Shown here: positions 14,917-28,509 of the stretch, in pieces | Layout: each line of letters starts with the position of its first letter | How positions within the stretch are numbered: position 1 is the stretch's first letter | DNA from: Octopus vulgaris | Lineage: Eukaryota | DNA: 64,000 bases | Direction: 5' to 3' | Assembly: GCA_951406725.2 (NCBI GenBank) | Contig: OX597815.1 | Location: 8,060,001-8,124,000 of the forward strand | Notes under the pieces: model-generated | Told to the model about the DNA's origin: nothing | The model's database searches: none | Seen by the model: the letters and a program-made list of their open reading frames with translations, nothing else | Position numbers and translations under genes: made by a program

Positions 14917-15148
14917 ATACACAGTCCACCCAAAAAATCTATACACACTTCTGGAAAGGAAAAATCTGTATAAATATTTAACTTGTATAAGTACTTCTAT
15001 AAATATAACTACTTCATTCGATGCATTATCAACTTGCGATAACACTAAATAAATTGCTATAACACTGAATAAAAATATTTATACAGATTTTTTTTTCCTT
15101 TCCTAAAACGTGTATACATTTTTTTTTTTTTTTTTAGCGAACTCTGTA
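14917..15148. mobile_element. Tc1/mariner-type MITE
   Basis: Imperfect TIRs of about 60 bp (tatacacacttctggaaaggaaaaatctgtataaatattt / aaatatttatacagatttttttcctttcctaaaacgtgtata), with TA ends. Confidence 0.7.
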
Positions 15149-16267
15149 TATATATATATATATGTGTACAATGACGACAGATACAGCTCATATCGCTGCT
15201 GCTGCCATTCTTACTGAAAAATTGTTTTTTTATCATGGACGTCCGCACCTATTTGCTTACCGTTCGCTACGACAATAAGCATTATCGTCCTGCTCTCTGT
15301 TACGATCGCTGCCGCAGTCACTTCCGTTTCCCCATCATGTCCACCACGTGACCATTATCACCTGTATCAATATTCATTTGCATCATGGGTAATTTCTCTT
15401 GTCTCATTTGATGCTCCAAACTAATACACGGCTTAATCCTGCCTCACTGAACTGAACCTACCCCTCTCTTAGTCTCCCATTTCATTCGTGCCTACTTCTC
15501 GGGGTTTTGTCACCACCACACCCACCTGTACCACTTTACCACCACTCCACCAGGATTACCATTGGAACTTTATATTTCTCGGGATCTACCATCATAGATC
15601 TTCCTGTACACGTTGATGATATGTGTGTGTATGTGCATGTGCGCGTGTGTGTGTGTATATGCGTGTGTGTATATATATGCGTGTATGTGTGTGTGCGTGT
15701 GTGTGTGTTTGTGTGTATGCGTGTGTGTGTGTGTGTATATGCGTGTGTGTGTGCGTGCGTGTGTGTGTGTATATGCGTGTGTGTGTGTGCGTGTGTGTGC
15801 GTGTGTATGTGTGCGCGCGCACGTGCGTTTGTGTACACACACAGAACACATACACACACTCATACATTCACACATTCGCATGCGGTGGGAAGGTGTTCCG
15901 AAAGTAGTGCTGAACTGGGCCATAAGCTTCTTTGTTACTAACATAGGTCCTTCAAATTGCCCGTGTTGGTAAAACAAAACTCTTCCATTATCCAAAGGCA
16001 CTACTCAGTATAGTCTCCATCCATTTGTGAAATCGTTGAAGCCAACTCTCGAATCGTCTTTGAAAAAATATCATGTGGGAACTGTACACCCTACATGTTC
16101 GCAAGCAACTTGGCATCGTCTGCATCATCACTCGTTGTCCCCCAAAACTATTCTTCATTGAAGCGAGCACTTGACAGCTGAAAGGTACCAGATCTCGGTT
16201 CAACGGTTGATGGGGTCCACTCAGCAATCTAATTTGCTGGTTGAAGATGTGCGGTAGTTCCATATTA

Positions 16268-16500
16268 AAGGCGGCGAGCTGGCAGAAACGTTAGCAGGCG
16301 AGGCGAAATGCGTAGCCGTATTTCGTCTGCCGTTACGTTCTGAGTTCAAATTCCGCCAAGGTCGACTTTGCCTTTCATCCTTTCGGGGTCGATTAAATAA
16401 GTACCAGTTACGCACTGGGGTCGATATAATCGACTTAATCCGTTTTTCTGTCCTTGTTTGTCCTCTCTGTGTTTAGCCCCTTGTGGGTAGTAAAGAAATA
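16268..16500 (+). mobile_element. SINE family A full-length monomer
   Basis: aaggcggcgagctggcagaaacgttagc...tagtaaagaaata, with 15-bp TSD ggtagttccatatta on both sides. Confidence 0.92.
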
Positions 16501-16789
16501 GGTAGTTCCATATTATCATGGAGAAAGTGGATCACTATCAGATTTCGGTTTGGTGTCTTCCTCATAATAGCCTCTCTAATCTTCTCTAAGCCTATGGGCT
16601 CACAAGCAGACATAGAGACCCTCTCGTTTTCCGTACTCTTAGCCCAGTGGAACATCGAGGATCTGACAGAAAGAGGGGTAGATGACTGCACGAGTACATT
16701 TGCTAGGAACTCATTCCAGCTGAGTAGACTGAAACAATGTAAAATACCCGGTCTAGGAATACACACATACACAGACAAACACACACACG

Positions 16790-16873
16790 TGCATACATAC
16801 ATACATACATACATACATACATACATACATACATACATACATACATACATACATACATACATACATACATACA

Positions 16874-16907
<34 letters not shown>

Positions 16908-16933
16908 CATACATACATACATACATACATACA

Positions 16934-16965
<32 letters not shown>

Positions 16966-17027
16966 CATACATACATACATACATACATACATACATACAT
17001 ACATACATACATACATACATACATACA

Positions 17028-17058
<31 letters not shown>

Positions 17059-17072
17059 CATACATACATACA

Positions 17073-17106
<34 letters not shown>

Positions 17107-17208
17107 CATAAATACATACATACATACATACATACATACATACATACATACATACATACATACATACATACATACATACATACATACATACATACATACA
17201 TACATACA

Positions 17209-17242
<34 letters not shown>

Positions 17243-17470
17243 CATTACATACATACATACATATATACATTACATACATACATACATACATATATACATA
17301 CATACATACATACATACATACATACATACATACATACATACATACATACATACATACATACATACATACATACATACATACATACATACATACATAAATG
17401 CATACATACATACATACATACATACATACATACATACATACATACATACATACATACATACATACATACA
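16790..17470. repeat. (TACA)n array
   Basis: Directly visible. Confidence 0.98.
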
Positions 17471-18076
17471 TGCATAAATACATACATGCATACATATATG
17501 CAGATATGTGTGATTCTGTGTACGCTTGTGTGTATATTTCTGAGTTATATATGGATATAGTGACGCAGATAAACGCTTAAACATACAGCATACGCAAAAG
17601 AAAAACATAAACGTACGTACGCACACGTACATACACGCATACATACACACACACACACACATCACACTGGCTCTCGCACACACAGACACACACAAATATA
17701 GATTTTTAAGAAATCCACAAGGAAAATAATACAAATTCCATTAGGATTCTCATAACGAATGTTTTATGATAGTTCTTGGAAACAATGGCAACAATAAAGT
17801 AATGCACTGATTTATTTCCCTTGTGCTGGCCTTCTGATCAGCGATCTTGATATATCTTGCTCTTGTTCTTATCGCAGTGGGCTTTTGTTTCTTCTTTATT
17901 TCTAACGCAAACTTTCCAATACAAAGAAAAAAGGTTGGTCTTGTGACAATCGAACAAATTATAGCAAAAAGAAAAGAAAAGAAAAACAAGAAAATGAGTG
18001 CATTATATGCATGCATGTTTCTCTACATATATATGTGTGTGTTTGTGCGTGTTTGTGTGCACGTGCGAACACACTC

Positions 18077-18131
<55 letters not shown>

Positions 18132-18210
18132 ATATATGTATATATGTATATATATATATGTACATATATATATATATATGTATATATATATATGTATATT
18201 TATATATATA

Positions 18211-18251
<41 letters not shown>

Positions 18252-18711
18252 TAGAATATATTAAAATTACTAAGTCTCTCTAGATTACTTTCTAATTAAT
18301 TTTACCCTTTGTTATTATATATATATATATATATATGCGTGTATGTATGTATGTATGTATGTATGTATGTATGTATGTATGTATGTATATATAGTTGTAT
18401 ACATACATCCAAATGCAGGCACATATACAAGGAGTTTGATTGTTATTATACTCTGCAACAAATGTACCAACCAATTGATTGGTTAATCTTCTTGGATTTA
18501 CTATTTGTATGGAACGCCCTCTGGATTTAATATGTACGAATTCCCATCTTCCTCACTTGGAATCCTGTTAGTCAGGATTTTCGCGTGAAGTTTTGACTTG
18601 AGCATTTGCCCCCAGATTTCTTGCAAAAAGCTTGGGTATATATATCTGTGTGTGTGTGGAAACCATTAGGCCGGCGGATTTCCTAAATATAGCCCCCCTC
18701 CCCTCCCCCCC

Positions 18712-19479
18712 GATCATCACAGATACACCTGCGTGTTTAACAGTTGGAAGAAGGCAGTCTGGGTCAAACGCTTCTTTTGGCTGTCTCCATACGTATACTT
18801 AACCGGTGTTCGGAAATAAGGTAAAGGATGATTAGTCCGAGAAACTAACATTCTTCCACTGCTATAGGGACCAATTCTGTAGGTTTTTACTCCACTCTAA
18901 ACGCTTTGCAACGCTTGTTTATGAAAGTAGTGGTTTTCTGATTGCAGCCCTCCCGTGAAATCCAGCTTTGTGCAGTTCTTGGCGAACAGTTTTTGTAGAA
19001 ACTGGGTTCCCGAGGTAGTCATTAAGCTCTGCAGTAATTTTGAGAGCTGTACTTTTGTGATCCTTTCTAACAATTCCCGTAAGATTCCGACGGTCCCTAT
19101 CTGAAAGATTTGGTTTTCTTCTGGATTGTTGTCTCGACGAGGAGGTTTTTCCCTCTTTCTCAAAAGCGGTCATTACTTTCGAGACAGTACTTCTTGATAC
19201 ACCAAACATTTCGGCCGTTTTCGTTACGCTAGCGCCTGCCATACGAGCACCGACAATTTGACCTCTTTGAAAGTCCGATAGATCTGTCATTTCAATGAAT
19301 TTTAATTACCTTTTTCTGATGATATCTGGAAAGAAACAGCAAATTTAGCAAATCACATTAAGCAACACTAATAATATATCAAAAAACATAAAAATAATAA
19401 AGCTCTTGACGGTTTCATAGATATTTCAAAATTATGATTCTATGATGCTAGGTGTTTCCATTATATTGTCCAACCCCTG
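18712..19479 (-). mobile_element. Tc1-like transposon, 3'-truncated, transposase pseudogene
   Basis: Left TIR TA|CAGGGGTTGGACAATATAATGGAAACACC. ORF 19290-18919 MTDLSDFQRGQIVGARMAGASVTKTAEMFGVSRSTVSKV...GRAAIRKPLLS. Continues with stops as QWKNVSFSD*SSFTLF...VWRQPKEAFDPDCLLPTVKH. Confidence 0.9.
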
Positions 19480-20334
19480 TATATTGCTAATATTGCTATG
19501 GTTATTGATATAATATCTACAGCGTCTGTTGGTAGATATAATAATAGATGTCTGCCGGTATACGTAATGTATCTGCTGGAAGATGTACCAGATGTATTGG
19601 ATGCAAGGGGAGGTGTATTGAGAAATATAGAGGGTTTATGTTGGGAGATAAATTAGGGTATCCGTTGATGGATTAGCGGGTATATGTTGGTAAATATAAC
19701 GTGTGTATTTTAGCTGATACAACAAAAGCCTGTTGGTGGATAAAGTTATGTGTAGTCGAAGATAGGAGAAAGAATATATTTGAATAACGTTAGAGTACAG
19801 GAGGGAGTTAGTGGTAGCGAAAAGCAGGATGAAGAGAGGAGCGGAAGGAGAAAAGAAAGAAAACGTGTACAAGCGAGAAAGAAAGGGAGAGAATAAGGAG
19901 GAAAACAAAGGGAATCTAAGGTCGGAGGGTGAGAAAAAGAGCAAAGGGAAACTAATAAGTGAGAATGCCAAAACAATGGAAAGTATATGATAGACATAGA
20001 AAGGAAGGGAGAGCGGTTAGCATTCGAGATAGAACTGGTGAAGTGGAAAAGTAAAGAGAAAGAGAAAGAGAAAGAAAGTTGGAGATAGAGAGAAGAAAAT
20101 AAAGTTTGAAAAGAAACTTCGAACGGTAAAGGAAGAGCATATTGAAAGTAATAGGAAAGAACGGGGGGAATTGTAATAAAAATGTTTGTGTAATTATATA
20201 TGTAACTGGGAGTGAAAGTGTTGAGAAAGTCACGTAGTCAGTTGTCAATAGAGAAAGGGATGAGTGCATGATCAAGCTTCGAGGAACAGGAGAACATTCG
20301 AAATCATTGACTGACCAGTGGTAGCACGTCTACA

Positions 20335-20610
20335 TCAGTGATTGGCTGTTAAACAATTGATTCGGAATTTTTATGGCTCTTATTCTTGAAACATTGTCTT
20401 CCAACTGTAAACATGACAGACGCGAAAATATTATCGTAAAAGTAGTTGAGATTCGTCTGTAAAAAAAAAACAAAAAAAAAAATGAAACGAAATGAAATAC
20501 AAAAAACAAAAATGGCGTCGGTTGCATCGTTTGCACGTTCGATTATTGAACGGATGGACATCTTGTCGAAACAAACCTCGCGTGGTTAAACCGGAAATAA
20601 AAGTAAGTTC
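20335..20610 (+). promoter_or_regulatory. Putative promoter / first non-coding exon
   Basis: Inverted CCAAT (gattggc, 20340), YY1-like aaaatggcg (20509), ETS ccggaaat (20591) and donor-like a|gtaagt (20603) in non-repetitive, CpG-containing sequence. Confidence 0.35.
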
Positions 20611-21018
20611 CACAAGAGCTACATTAATACTGCTGTCTTTTTTTATGGGTTTATTTACGTATTATTTCATTAACACTTCTGCCTTCGGTTGAGGTGGGAG
20701 ACACGGTCTAAGACTGCTTCTTGTTATATTTTTATTTTGTTTTTTCATAATCAATGATGTATGAAATTGAAAACTATTGTTATAGGAATGTCCCTTTAAT
20801 TGAGTGACCAACGTGGTGTGAAAAGAGGTGACGGGGTCAGGATGAAGAGAGGGACGGACGTGATTAGAAGCAAGAGTTGGACATATCGTTGACAAGAATG
20901 AGTCACTGGGTCTGGACTCGACATTGATTTAGCACTAAATATAATGTTATCGAGCACAAAGGTTGGTGAGAGTTGACAGAATTGGTCAGGTCCGTGTATG
21001 GCATGGTAAAGTGGTGTA

Positions 21019-21114
<96 letters not shown>

Positions 21115-21284
21115 GGGTGGGGAGTGTAACAAATAGAAAAGAAGGAATCAATACGTACTTGAATCATGATTAAATTAGATTGAATTATTCATAGAGAAAG
21201 GCGGTTTCAAAAATGTAATAACATATATATATATATATATATATACATATATATATGCATTGTATGTATGTATATATATGGATG

Positions 21285-21334
<50 letters not shown>

Positions 21335-21494
21335 AATATATTATATATTACATATATATATAAATATATTATATATATATATATCTATATCTTATATATA
21401 TATATATATATACGCACACGTTTGTGTGTATGTGCATGTGTATGCTTACACACAGAGACATATACATATATGTCTGTATGTGTGTATATATATG

Positions 21495-21528
<34 letters not shown>

Positions 21529-21935
21529 CACACACACACCCTTACATACACACACACTAGTGTATGATTGTGTGTATGTGTCTGTACGTGTGTATACACG
21601 AGTGCGTGTATTCGCGTATGTGTCTGTTCGTGGGTGCATGAGTTTCTGTATCTTAGGTGTGCTTACGTCTGCTATTGAGTATGTGTGCACACATGCCGAT
21701 GCGAAGATATGTTTACACAGGCGTTTTATATGCACACATAAACAGAAATAAATATAGGTTGACAACAGTTGTAAAGAATTTCTGAATTTAACGTAATTTT
21801 ATTTAACATGGCATAGAAATAGACTTTTCTCATTACACACATACACATCATGATATACATATCACACATCCATATGCACACACACACACACACACACAAG
21901 CAATGTATGTCCACCGCTTCTTAACGTAATACGAA

Positions 21936-21994
<59 letters not shown>

Positions 21995-22083
21995 TGTATG
22001 TATGTATGTATGTATGTATGTATGCATGCGTGCGTGTGTGTGTATGTATGTATATACACACACATGCATACATACATATATAC

Positions 22084-22141
<58 letters not shown>

Positions 22142-22248
22142 ATATAAATATGCATGTTTGTACATATACATACACGCACGCAGCCACACACACATATATG
22201 TATACGTATATATACTTATATATATATATAATGTATATATTTATATAA

Positions 22249-22378
<130 letters not shown>

Positions 22379-22410
22379 GTAGGTAGGTAGATAGACAGAC
22401 AGACAGACAG

Positions 22411-22443
<33 letters not shown>

Positions 22444-22909
22444 TAGATAGATAGTTAGATAATATATTAATTTTATACATTATAACAATATATTATATAT
22501 TATAATTATTTGTTTCCGTCTTGTACAGAAGGCAAATAAAATAGAAGCCGAAGAGCGAATTCATTATGTTTTGTTAATTATATATTTTTTACCTGAAAAT
22601 GACAACAGGTATTTTTTTTTTTTATAATGCAGCTTTTCAAGGTAAATTTCTCCTGACGGGTTGGAGACTGTTTCCTCTGCAGCCATTATCTCTTCTTCAT
22701 CACACGATGATGGAATGGCGCTACAATCAGAGTGGAAGATCTGCTTCCTAGTTTCTAGGAGTCAAGTCTAGGTGACCCTCCACTACTATTTTCGGAGATG
22801 CAACTGGTGATGCTCTGGAAATTCGGCTGATTGTTCTTGTTGCTGCCTCAGCTGGTCTCACCTGCTTTCCGTTCTTGTTGTCTTTCCTGGTCTTTCCAAT
22901 TCTTCAGAA

Positions 22910-23115
22910 CGCTGGGTGAAATGCTTAGCGGTATTTCGTCTGCCCATACGTTCTGAGTTCAAATTCCGCCGAGGTTAACTTTGCCTTTCATATTTTTGGG
23001 GTCGATTAAATAAGTACCAGATACGCACTGGGGTCGATGTAATGGACTTAATCCGTTTGTCTGTCCTTGTTTGTCCCCTCTGTGTTTAGCCCCTTGTGGG
23101 TAGTAAAGAAATAGA
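22910..23115 (+). mobile_element. SINE family A copy
   Basis: gaaatgcttagcggtatttcgtctgcc...tagtaaagaaatag. Confidence 0.88.
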
Positions 23116-23379
23116 TATGCGTAACAAATAGGCCTTTTGCTGTACACCACCAATCCCACATCTTCTGTCTCGACACTCTCAACTGAGCACAACTCATATA
23201 TGGTCTTGTGACCTCCAGGTGTCATTAGGACTTGCAAATTCATTTCTCACGTCCTTTGACCACAAATGGCCTTTCGTCAACTGTTGTTTAGTCACCCGCT
23301 CATAATGCGATGCGATATAAGGCATTGTGCCGGGAGATGAGGAAGAAAAACGTTACGGTTATGAAAGCCCTTCTCTCGA

Positions 23380-24050
23380 AGATCTTGAATCGTTCTGATC
23401 TAAGATCTGAAATGAAAAGAGAAATGCCAGCCAGAACGCGTCGAGTTTAAATTCAATTACGAAGAAATACTGCATCAATATCGACAGCAAATCATATCGA
23501 ATCCACACAGAAACTGTCGGAATACTTTTAGGCAAAGTGCATAATTGGAAAGCACCGAGAAGAAACTTAATGGTTGGATAATGGTACAAGAGATTGGCAA
23601 TGGCATGGACAAATCATATGGCCAAGAATGAGACCACAGAAAACTATAGGCCCATTGCTTGCCTAAACATTCTGTACAAGCCTTACACAAACTGCCACCA
23701 CTTACTCCTCCAAGATCATTGTGAGTTCAACAACATAGTGACTGATGAGCAATCAGGTGAAGGAAAAGAATTCAGAGGTGTGCCGAACAACTTTTGATAA
23801 ACAAAGCTGTGCTGTTGGAAGTAAGAAAACACTGTAGAAATTCTGTGACATTATGGCTCGATTATCGAAAAGAACTCGACTCCCTACTCCACCAAAAGCT
23901 CCTGAAGTCTAAGCGCTAGTCCAAAATACCTGCTACTTTAGTTGTTGCCGTTGCGAAACTCACTAAGATCTGAGAAACAATTCTCACATTTACTAGTAAG
24001 AGTGAAACTTTACAAAGGAAGAATTCAAAGAAAATAGTTTTTTGTAATTT
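23380..24050 (+). pseudogene. R4/Dong-clade non-LTR retrotransposon RT fragment
   Basis: KVHNWKAP...ENYRPIACLNILYK...DHCEFNNIVTDEQSG...EQLLINKAVLLEVRKHCRNSVTLWLDYRK, with frameshifts. Confidence 0.8.
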
Positions 24051-25504
24051 TGCTCATTTTGGCATGAAGGTATTGCGAATAAGATAGATTGATGCAAGAA
24101 TATTACACCACACTCAGAAAAATATGGCAGTTGGAACTCTCTTCATGCAAGACAATATCCCACAATGCATTCGCAGTACCAATGCTAATGTCAACATTTT
24201 AGCTACTTGATTGGTCTGCAGAAGAAGTCTACTCCATAGACATTAAAACCTGTATGATTCTGACATCAATTGGAAACTTCCACAGAAACGGCGATATTAA
24301 GAGGGTCTGACTAAGAGAAGATGGAAGAAGTAGATGCTTGAGATCGATGCAGACAGTTATCGAATGTCGTAAATAGCAGTCCTCTGTCAGCAGTAAAATT
24401 CTATACACCTAGTGCTGAAAAAGGAAGAAAACAACATCTTACGCATCGGCATAGTAATGTCATAAATAGCCAAATAACTGGGTACTTTTAAACAAAACAA
24501 AAGCAGTAACAGGCAAAATACCGCCACGAGAATAAATTATAACGGTCAAGTTATAAAAAAAAAGAAGCAGAAAATGCTAAGTGGTACTTTATTTATCGAT
24601 CTTGAACGGACGAAAAAGTAACATTATCCTCGGAGAGGAACTGAACTCCGAAACTAAAGAACCGGAACAAATACCACGAATAATTTGGTTTGATATTCTA
24701 ATAACTATGCCAAAAATTCCGCCAGCAAAAGTCACTGAAAATTGATATAAAATCAATATAGAGTGTACTCACTCACCAAGAATTTCTCTAAAAATAGGAA
24801 ATCAACTTAATCAGCATTTCTGATCGTCATCAAATAAAGAGTTAATATCACAGGCAAATTTTTGAAGATAAAATATTGTTGTTTTCAAGATATTTTGAGT
24901 GTCTTTTAAGTAGATGGAAGTGTATTTATGGTAGTAAAGTTTATGGAACCTTTAGTCAGGTCTGCCTGATATTAGTTGTAGAATATTTATTTTCGCTGTA
25001 TTGTTATGGTTTTGATCTAAACGACTTTATAACTTGTATTGTGCTGTTGAAAGATGAACCAATTCTCTCATCTCCAATATATTCCAATATATTTATTTTT
25101 GCTTCATTCTTGTGTGCGTGAGTTTTCTATCTTTTCTTTTTCTTTTTTTACCAATCGAAATATCCTTTCATTATTCTGTAGATGGCTTTTATTCAATTAG
25201 AAATAATGATTATATACTATACAATTGCTATTTCTAAACATATTAGTTTTTAGTGTTTTATGAGCACTAAATTTCGGCCAGCAGAGAAAGCTGAACTTCT
25301 ATAAATACATTCTTCCTTGGTTTGCTTTTATTCAATTAGAATGTGTACGAGCGAACGATGTAAACAGAGAGGAAACCGAAAAAGGATGTTCTTCAAACAT
25401 GGTGCGAAACAAATATTTGTTTTACATCAAGTTACAAACACTCCACAATCACTCAAGTGGCCAGAAATTCAGGGAATCAGTAAGTAACCTTTACTCAACG
25501 ACGC

Positions 25505-25650
25505 TATTCAAGGAGTTCATCGACCTTAGTACATATTTCTTGAGTCTGATACTTATTCTATCGGTTATTTTGCCGAACCGCTACGTTACGATGGACATAA
25601 ACAAACCTACACCGGTTGCCAAGCTGTTGTGGAGGACAAACACGAATATA
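25505..25650 (-). mobile_element. SINE family B 3' fragment
   Basis: tacttattctatcggttattttgccgaaccgct. Confidence 0.7.
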
Positions 25651-25736
25651 AAGATATACACACATATACATATTCATGCACACACACATACACACGCGTA
25701 CACACACTCTCTCTCTCTCACACACAAATATAAAAA

Positions 25737-26585
25737 AATTATAAAGAGTATGGAGAATTGTTCATCCTCTAAATTTATTTCATTTTACAGCATAGGCGTA
25801 GGAGTGGCTGTGTGGTAAGTAGCTTACTTACCAACCACATCGTTCCGGGTTCAGTCCCACTGTGTGGCACCTTGGGCAAGTGTCTTCTACTATAGCCTCG
25901 GGCCGACCAAAGCCTTGTGAGTGGATTTGGTAGACGGAAAATGAAAAAAACCCGTCGTAGATACGTATATATATATATATATGTGTGTGTATATGTTCGG
26001 GTGTCTGTGTCCCCCCCCCCCCAACATTGCTTGACAACCGATGCTGGTGTGTTTACGTCCCCGTAATTTATCGGTTCGGCGAAAGAGACCGATAGAATAA
26101 GTACTGGGCTTACAAAGAATAAGTCCTGGGGTCGATTTGCTCGACTAAAGGCGGTGCTCCAGCATGGCCACATTCAAATGACTGAAACAAGTAAAAAAGA
26201 AAGCATATCATTATGACCTACACGTGTTTCCACTGCACAGACTACTTGCAGTTGCAGGTACAACCCATCACTATTATCGGTGCAGCTTCTTCAGGGTCCA
26301 TCCATGTGGCCAGTCTCGAAGCGAACTGAGTGGAGTTAGCTTTTTGTTAGTTAGTGTTAGGGGGGATGTGATGCCGGGGGGGGGGGGGGGGTATGTTGGA
26401 ACTGAAACACTAACTAACAAAAATCTAATTCCACTCATCTTCGAGACTGCCCAAATGGATAGACCCTGATGAAGCTGCACCTATAATAGGGACAGGTTGT
26501 ATCTGCGACTGTCAGTAGTCTGTGCAGTGTAAAATAAGAGAAAATAAAATTTGAGGCTGAGCAAGTCTCCATACTCTTTATAATT
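25737..26585. mobile_element. Foldback / long-TIR non-autonomous DNA element, left arm interrupted by a SINE
   Basis: 25737-25790 is the reverse complement of 26527-26585, and 26230-26358 of 26406-26529. Short G-rich spacer. Confidence 0.8.
25794..26200 (+). mobile_element. SINE family B full length
   Basis: Head aggcgtaggagtggctgtgtggtaag, CORE-like ccttgggcaagtg, and tail ggcggtgctccagcatggccac...gactgaaacaag. Confidence 0.92.
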
Positions 26586-26612
26586 ATTAGCAATATATAG
26601 TCCACACAATAT

Positions 26613-27574
26613 TACCTATTTCTTTACTACCCACAAGAGACTAAACACAGAGGGGACGAACAAGGACAGACAAAGGGATTAAGTCGATTATATCGACCCC
26701 AGTGCGTAACTGGTACTTATTTAATCGACCCCGAGAGGATGAAAGGCAAAGTCGACCTCGGCGGAATTTGAACTCAGAACGTAACGGCAGACGAAATACC
26801 TATTTCTTTACTACCCACAAGGGACTAAACACAGAGGGGACGAACAAGGACAGACAAAGGGATTAAGTCGATTATATCGACCCCAGTGCGTAACTGGTAC
26901 TTATTTAATCGACCCCGAGAGGATGAAAGGCAAAGTCGACCTCGGCGGAATTTGAACTCAGAACGTAACGGCAGACGAAATACCTATTTCTTTACTACCC
27001 ACAAGGGGCTAAACACAGAGAGGACAAACAAGGACAGACAAACGGATTAAGTCGATTACATCAACCCCAGTGCGTAATTGGTACTTATTTAATCGACCCC
27101 GAAAGGATGAAAGGCAAAGTCGACCTCGGCGGAATTTGAACTCAGAACGTAGCGGCAGACGAAATACCCATTTCTTTACTACCCACAAGGGGCTAAACAC
27201 AGAGAGGACAAACAAGGACAGACAAACGGATTAAGTCGATTACATCAACCCCAGTGCGTAATTGGTACTTATTTAATCGACCCCGAAAGGATGAAAGACA
27301 AAGTCGACCTCGGGGGAATTTGAACTCAGAAGGTAACGGCAGACGAAATACCTATTTCTTTATTACCCAAAAGGGGCTAAACACAGAGGGGACAAACAAG
27401 GACAGACATAGGTATTAAGTCGATTACATCGACCCCAGTGCGTAACTGGTACTTAATTTATCGACCCCGAAAGGATGAAAGGCAAAGTCGACCTCGGCGG
27501 AATTTGAACTCACAACGTAACGCAGACGAAATACCGCTAAGCATTTCGCCCGGTGTGCTAACCTTTCTGCCAGC
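26613..27574 (-). mobile_element. SINE family A pentamer (5 x 184-bp body plus one head)
   Basis: Unit boundaries at 26613, 26797, 26981, 27165, 27349 and 27532, followed by the head gctaagcatttcgcccggtgtgctaacctttctgccagc. Confidence 0.95.
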
Positions 27575-27741
27575 GAATACGGAATTAACCATCGAAGGAA
27601 TTCAGAGGGTGACTGGCATCTAACAGCAGTTACGGATGTTAAAATACTGATCGATGTGGTTAGCAGTAAACTGGCACTTAAGTGTGAGACCCCACGGCAT
27701 CCGCCCGGATAATATATTCCTCCAAACTCACATTTATACAT

Positions 27742-27772
27742 AACTAACCGAGATACCCGGCCTTGCCCGGAA
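27742..27772 (-). mobile_element. Helitron 3' terminus remnant
   Basis: Minus strand has a ccgggcaaggccggg hairpin followed by tatctcggTTAG|t. Confidence 0.45.
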
Positions 27773-27799
27773 TTAAAATGGTATAGTTTTTTTATTGCT

Positions 27800-27960
27800 T
27801 TACTTGTGACTGCAGCCATGCTAGAGCACCACCTTTGGTCGAAAAAATCGACCACAAGATTTAATCCTTGTAAGTCTAGTACTTATTCTATCAGTTTGCC
27901 GAACCGCTAGATTAGGGAACGTTAACACAGCAACCACGGTTATCAAGCAATGACGGGCAT
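27800..27960 (-). mobile_element. SINE family B 3' fragment
   Basis: gactgcagccatgctagagcacc...agtacttattctatc...gccgaaccgct. Confidence 0.75.
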
Positions 27961-28037
27961 ACACACACACACACATAATATATATGGAAAAAAAGGTCAA
28001 GGTAGAAAATGCTAAAATGATTTTATAAAAAACATTT

Positions 28038-28073
28038 CAGTACCGGTTTCAGCCATTGAGACTTTTTCAACTG
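28038..28073 (-). ncRNA. Degenerate minimal hammerhead-like fold (UUGAAAA core variant)
   Basis: cag TTGAAAA agtc-tcaat-ggct GAAA ccgg TA ctg, with palindromic stem III accggt. Confidence 0.45.
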
Positions 28074-28232
28074 TAAGTTTGGAAAACAAATTTTGGAAAA
28101 ATTAAAAGAAAAGTTTTTTAAAAGAATATTTGCATAGTATTCAAATACAAGGGGCATTTTCCTTGTTTCTGCTTGTCCCTGTCCCTTTTGTTTACTCTTG
28201 AGGGTTCGAGGTCATTGAGAATTGTTGGCAGG

Positions 28233-28509
28233 GAAGAAGAAGAAGAAGAAGAAGAAGAAGAAGAAGAAGAAGAAGAAGAAGAAGAAGAAGAAGAAGAAGA
28301 AGAAGGAGAAGGAGAAGAAGGAGGAGAAGAAGGAGAAGAAGAAGAAGAAGAAGAAGAAGAAGAAGAAGAAGAAGAAGAAGAAGAAGAAGAAGAAGAAGAA
28401 GAAGATGAAGAAGAAGAAGAAGGTGAAGAAGAAGAAGAAGGAAGAAGAAGAAGAAGAAGAAGAAGAAGAAGAAGAAGAAGAAGAAGAAGAAGAAGAAGAA
28501 GAAGAAGAA
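28233..28509. repeat. (GAA)n array
   Basis: Directly visible. Confidence 0.98.

Noticed and set aside
15885-16760. Possible coding exon or LINE fragment split by SINE A (ADDAKL on the minus strand)
   Set aside because: Only one short RT-like motif, with no consistent frame. Too weak to call.
26460-26500. CTGATGA inside the foldback arm
   Set aside because: No GAAA, stem III or cleavage triplet follows.
26613-27574. Regular repeat array resembling CRISPR or satellite DNA
   Set aside because: Units are contiguous 184-bp SINE bodies without unique spacers. The context is eukaryotic, with no cas genes.
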